Assembly (NCBI GenBank): GCA_976226885.1
Contig: OZ320314.1
Span: 68,820,001 to 68,884,000, forward strand
Origin: Iphione sp. A-MEVVRFRX5
Lineage: Eukaryota
Direction of reading: 5' to 3'
Length of the DNA stretch: 64,000 nucleotides
Shown: positions 59,028 through 64,000 of the stretch, piece by piece
Layout: every line of letters begins with the position of its first letter
Position numbering within the stretch: position 1 is the stretch's first letter
Notes under the pieces: model-generated
Seen by the model: the letters and a program-made list of their open reading frames with translations, nothing else
Told to the model about the DNA's origin: nothing
The model's database searches: none
Translations under genes and position numbers: made by a program

Positions 59028-61404
59028 TTACCAGACCATGTTTCCAGAATAAAGCAAAATTCTTCTGTAGAATAGTTGTGATTATCCTTCGTTTTCGAAA
59101 CCTCAAAATAGAGGTACGTATGCAGTTCAAGTTTAACCAGTCCTTTAAGTCAATCTGTACAAATGTAATTTGTACACGACTTGTTACCTACTATACTCAC
59201 GATCTGGCTTGATTTTGATATTATAGATATCAGAAGTTGGGGAAAAACGAATTATAGAGGAAACGGCACACTCCACCTCCTGCCCTATAACTGGCAAGTG
59301 GGGTTCGTGTCACTCACGCATTGTCCTCAATCTGTGATTTATCAGTTGCGCGTAAGGAGGAAAACATAGACTGTTCAAGTTCTCTTGGTCCATTGATTGG
59401 TTAAAAGGAAGAAAGGACTTTTGGAATTTACAAGGGATCAAGAAAGAGATTAATGTATGAAAGTCAATTATATATTATTAACAAGGAAGAGAAATTGGAG
59501 TATGTGTTATTCTCGGTTTTCTTTTAAAATAGTTTTATGACGGTTGAAGCCTAACATTTTGCCACCAGCTGCTAGAAGTAACCCATTCATGGAAGTCATT
59601 ACTCCTGAAAACGTTGATTTTTCGTATTGGCTCCAAGTGCGCTTTGATCTGTTTTGGGGCGTTTTTTGCCCTTTTTCGCCTCGCAGATATATTTGTCGGA
59701 ACAAACAAGACGTCGCCATTAGGATCGTTCATTTTGGGCATTAGGAATACAATACTGATTAGAGGTAATCATCAAGCCTGTCTCGTTATGTAAGGGGGAT
59801 AGCACTTGCCTGAAGAAGCCACCAAGTTCAATAAAGCTCAATTACACGACAATTAATTACCTGGACTGGTCCATTGTGGTACCCGAGGGAGTTACTCTGC
59901 CCGAACCGCCGCCACTAGGTAGCCAAGGCAGGTTATTGTATTTGGGCTGGTGACTGGAGCAGTCAAGCCAGATTAAGGCCGGGTACGTTACTGTAAGGTC
60001 TCCTCCTGGTAGGGATGAATCTACAATGACCACGCCCAACGAATTGAGAAATACTCACCTCGCGTACTCTTGGGGAACACCCTATTCATTACACTACGAT
60101 GTCTTCGCTCGGAATTATCGTTGGTATTGCATGGATCCTCCTCCTGTTGAAAAATAGGACACTAATAAAAGAGTATTCCCACCTATCTGTGCATCTTACA
60201 GTCCGGGATTACTCGCGATGAGTGTTCTTGGGGGATTTTCTTGTAATCTTTCGTAAGCAGCAGTCACGCCTTAGCTCCACGGTGCTAAATACTCAGACTA
60301 GTCGGTGTGTACTCCCACAGCGATGCCTCAGCGCGGTACACAGTCACTGTTAAAAGTCACGCCGCTCATGCCGTAGTCTAGTCAGACAAGTTGATATTTG
60401 TTTGATCTCTTCACTTCGCAAGGCGCCTCGACTAGGTGGAGGCATGCGTTGTCACCTGCTTGGTATGTGGGCGCTGGTTGGAGTGGAAGCGGGTGTGTTG
60501 CTGGATATTATGGGTGTCGCGGAACCTGTGTGTCTAAGATGACACACAGAATTGCTGTGTGACCTCGCAGAAGACGAATGTCGTCATCGGTTGTTAACAC
60601 TGACACAAATGCGTCCTCCATGCACAGTAAAGCGTCATAGATGGACAGAAATCCAGAGAGAGGTGCCAGCCTAAAGAGAGACAGGGCACCTGGCAGTCGC
60701 TGTACGACTTGCCAAACAACCAACGAACGGAAAACCAGATGTGCAGGTAGACAAATAAATACGCTAATAGAGGCAAACATCTAAGGCCAAAAATGGCTTT
60801 ATATGCCATGCTTGCTGCACTAGTTTCTAGGGCAATTATTTATTTCTGGTATCACATGTACTCGGCCACCACCCATCCGCCAGAAAAAAAATTATTTGAT
60901 CTGCGCATAATGTATCCAGTAAACACGATTGGTTTAGAGTGCTCGTCTCTAGGGCTGTGTTTATTTGTTCTTGCACAGTGTTTTCCGAGCATATAGAAAC
61001 AGAATGACAGTCGGCTTTTGCTTCTGCCTGGTGTCGATTTTGTTTCCGATTCGATTGTATGATCATAGTGCATTTTGTCCTCTGCATTGGTCCTTCACTG
61101 TCATTATTATGAGTCGGGCATTCCAGCGTAAGGCTGGGTTTCCATGTGCGCGTGTCACTGTGAGGTATGTGAGTGTATTGTCACCGTAGTTTCAGTTGCG
61201 TGTCACATGTAACGTGTCCACGTGTTGCATTTTTTCAGAATGGGACAAGTCTCATCTTTCATTGCAACATGGTCATGTTTTCGTGAGAAGTAGAAAGAAA
61301 ATGACAGTGGAATATCCATGTTAGTTATATTTTCTGCTCAAAAGAACATATTTCTATACATGCCCACACATATCCACACATGTTCCATGAAATAATTATG
61401 GAGT

Positions 61405-61500
61405 TTTTAGGCTGCGTTTCCATGAAATACATGTTTACCATTTTTAGGCCTAGTTTCCATGAAATATACCATTTTTAGGCTGAATTTCCTGCCACTTTGG
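61405..61500. repeat. Degenerate minisatellite, ~31-36-bp unit x3
   Basis: ttttaggc...gtttccatgaaata...acca occurs twice, followed by a diverged third unit. Confidence 0.7.
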
Positions 61501-64000
61501 CATTTTGGACCTAAGTTTACGATTTTCTGCCATTTTTGGTTCATGTTTCACAGCCGAGAAACACCACATACATGGAAACACTCTCACAGTGTTTCCTGTT
61601 GAATCAGTGGTTATCGCATGAAGGAAACATAGCCATGGAAAATGGCTCATGGCGACATGCTTACATGCAAACCCAGCCTAACGTTATGATAACCTGCACT
61701 GGGTTTCATCTAGTAAATGTAGAATATAGAATAAGATTTACATTTTAAGAATGGAATGAAGTGGTTCTAACAGAACACACAATGTATTGCCACCGCGTAT
61801 GTAGGACTGATATTTAGACCAGGTTAACGTTTCTATAAATAATCTGACTACTAGATTTAAGATTTACTACTAGCTCTTTGACTAAACTTCTAATGTGTCT
61901 AGCATTGACTGAATCGAGTGTTCAGAATGAAATTGTTGACTAGACTAGTAAAATACTGACAAGTGAGACATTTTTCAACAAAGTCAACTGACGGGAAGGA
62001 TTGTTTTCGAGTCCTTTGCGGTCCATAAAGCTCTTGTCAGTGATGTCTGCTTGGTGAGTGGAACCACTGCGCTAATGTGGTTTATTTGACAGCGTCTTGG
62101 GCCTGGAGGAACAGACACCGCCTTAGTCTGGCACGACCTGGACATTTCCTGCTCTTTCTAAAGAATTCCTTGGCTGAAAACATCTGAAATGTTAGACGGC
62201 AGGCCGAGAAGCTTCCTTTGCAGCCCTTGCCAATTGCCGGAAAATTTTTCAATTCTCCAATTGGTTCGTATCTCAACCCTTATGCAGTGCAAGAGAACAC
62301 CCTCCACCCAATAAATGGGGGAAGAAAAACATCAATCGCTCTTCTTGCAGCTACCATTTATTTAAAATTTTACCGGAGGTCTTGATTGCTTCAAAGCCTG
62401 TCCTGCTGTGCATTGGTAAAGAAACAATTTATTCAGACGTGCGCGATGAGACAATCTCGAGACCTTAATGAGGTTTTGAATCAGGCCATGACTTCCGGCC
62501 CTTCCTCCTCTCGTACTCAGCGCTTATTGGGAAATATCTCTAAATATATGTTACACTATGCTGAACGCGGTAAATGCAATGGAAGACTGGTGCACCCACA
62601 ACGCCTTTCGGCCCTATCTGAAATGGCCTGTTAATGGATTGTTGTAGCCATTATCTGCGGCCAAACATCCAGCACTGATATGGCCTCTTTCGTCTTGTAG
62701 ACCACTTAAGTGTAGCTCACCAACCAGCGCTCTCCCAGGACGTAGAGTAATTCGAGGTACGACACACTAGTCACTGTCATTTGTTGGCCACATAGCGAGT
62801 GTGGAGCAAAAACAGGCAAGACTTCTTTAACTCTATTAAGAAGTGAATTCCGTAAGGTCAGGAGTGAGAGACGAGGCACTTAAAATCCCAAGGGGTATGT
62901 GAGTTACTATTAGGCTGACTCAAGTGCCAGGGCAGCAAGCTACGTGCTGTTTGTTGAACGGGAAATTGCAGATTTCTCCACCGGAAGACGACTAGGATCC
63001 ATTAGCCCCGCCCCCACAAACCTGTCAACAAAGATGCTTCTTAACCCCGCCCTATGCATGTCGACTGACGTTGATCGACAGGCCACGGGACGAGTAACAA
63101 GTGGCGACATCGCTGTCTGATAAGGATAAAGTGAGTCACGTGTTTGTAGCCACCTTCACTTGGCAACAAGCCAGACGACCTTAAAGCTTTCCAAAAGGTC
63201 CATCACTGGGAGAAAACCAGAAGAATTCCATCACTGCCGAGATTTTTTTTTCAAATAAAAGGGAGTCGCCAGAATAAATTCCGGAACTAAGATAGTTCAT
63301 TTCCGCTTTTTTTTCAGGGTATCAATTTCACTCTGACAGTGCACCTCGGAAACCTTAATTATCCAGTGTGTAACTTTCTGCAGGAATATATGTTCGGGGT
63401 TTTCATCTTTCTGATGCTGATGAGATGGATATTCTGTTTAATATCTGTCTATCTTCTAGAAAGTAAATATGACTTACTGTACGTGGCTTTGTCTTTAGAA
63501 AATAGAATATCCTGAGCAATTACTGGTCTAATGTAGGGCAAAACAATTTGCCTAGGTCTGTAGGTGTCTCAGGATGAGTGTCAGGAAAGCTTTGAACATT
63601 GACGTTTGTTACAGGCAGACAGACAGACAGATAGGTGACCTGTGTGTAAACAAGGACAAAGAACAAAGACATATTGATGACTGTACAGTTGTGTATGTAC
63701 ACTCGAATATCTATAGTTTCAGACGATAGTTACATATGTCCAAGTAAGTGTATTTCTTCGACATCTCTGAAAAAAAGCATCTTTCCAAGCTTGGCCTTAA
63801 ACGCTTACCCCAGCCGCACCGCTGGAATATACTCCCACGCGTTTCCCGAAATTCGATTCTAGCCCACGTCTACTACCAAGGGTCACTTGCGAAATGCTAA
63901 GCGCACGGCTACACCACAAGATCCGGCATTAATATTTGCACAGGTAATCCGTGCTCGACTAACCGTACTGCCCATAACCTGCCTTCCAGGGAATTAGTAG

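Noticed and set aside
59808-59840. Second hammerhead-like string (gcCTGAAGAagcc...tAAAGCTca)
   Set aside because: The essential GAAA reads TAAA and stem II cannot pair. At most it is a dead relic of the 58990 motif type.
14764-64000. Conserved bilaterian miRNAs, snRNAs, tRNAs and rRNA
   Set aside because: I found no full-length match to the mature sequences I remember, only seed-length partial hits. An Infernal/Rfam scan is needed to exclude them properly.

Overview
Animal (invertebrate-like) nuclear DNA with GT-AG introns, about 40% GC by eye, many repeats, and one 138-N assembly gap. No prokaryotic operons, CRISPR arrays, rRNA or tRNA genes were found. (1) Positions 360-9196 (+) hold nine consecutive in-phase exons of a PLP-dependent kynurenine/alpha-aminoadipate aminotransferase (AADAT/KAT II-like). 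The N-terminal exons lie left of the window, and I could not find the expected last exon. (2) Positions 12841-14718 (-) encode, in a single coding exon, a 625-aa protein I cannot assign to a named family. It has one predicted transmembrane helix, a long disordered tail, polyalanine tracts and a C-terminal PDZ-type DTTL motif, and its 5' UTR is spliced. (3) The remaining ~49 kb has no recognisable host coding exon and is CpG-richer than the AADAT gene body. It carries a full-length dead pogo/Tigger transposon, pogo-type MITEs, a TTAA-flanked piggyBac-like element bearing RFX motifs, two LINE 3' fragments, a Penelope-type minimal hammerhead ribozyme motif, CTCF/POU/CRE/YY1-like motif clusters, and a strong excess of the palindrome TACATGTA. 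All calls come from manual reading and translation; no database searches were run. I found no clear-cut new multi-gene system. The best leads are the orphan membrane protein with its large non-coding upstream region, the hammerhead motif and the missing AADAT terminal exon.
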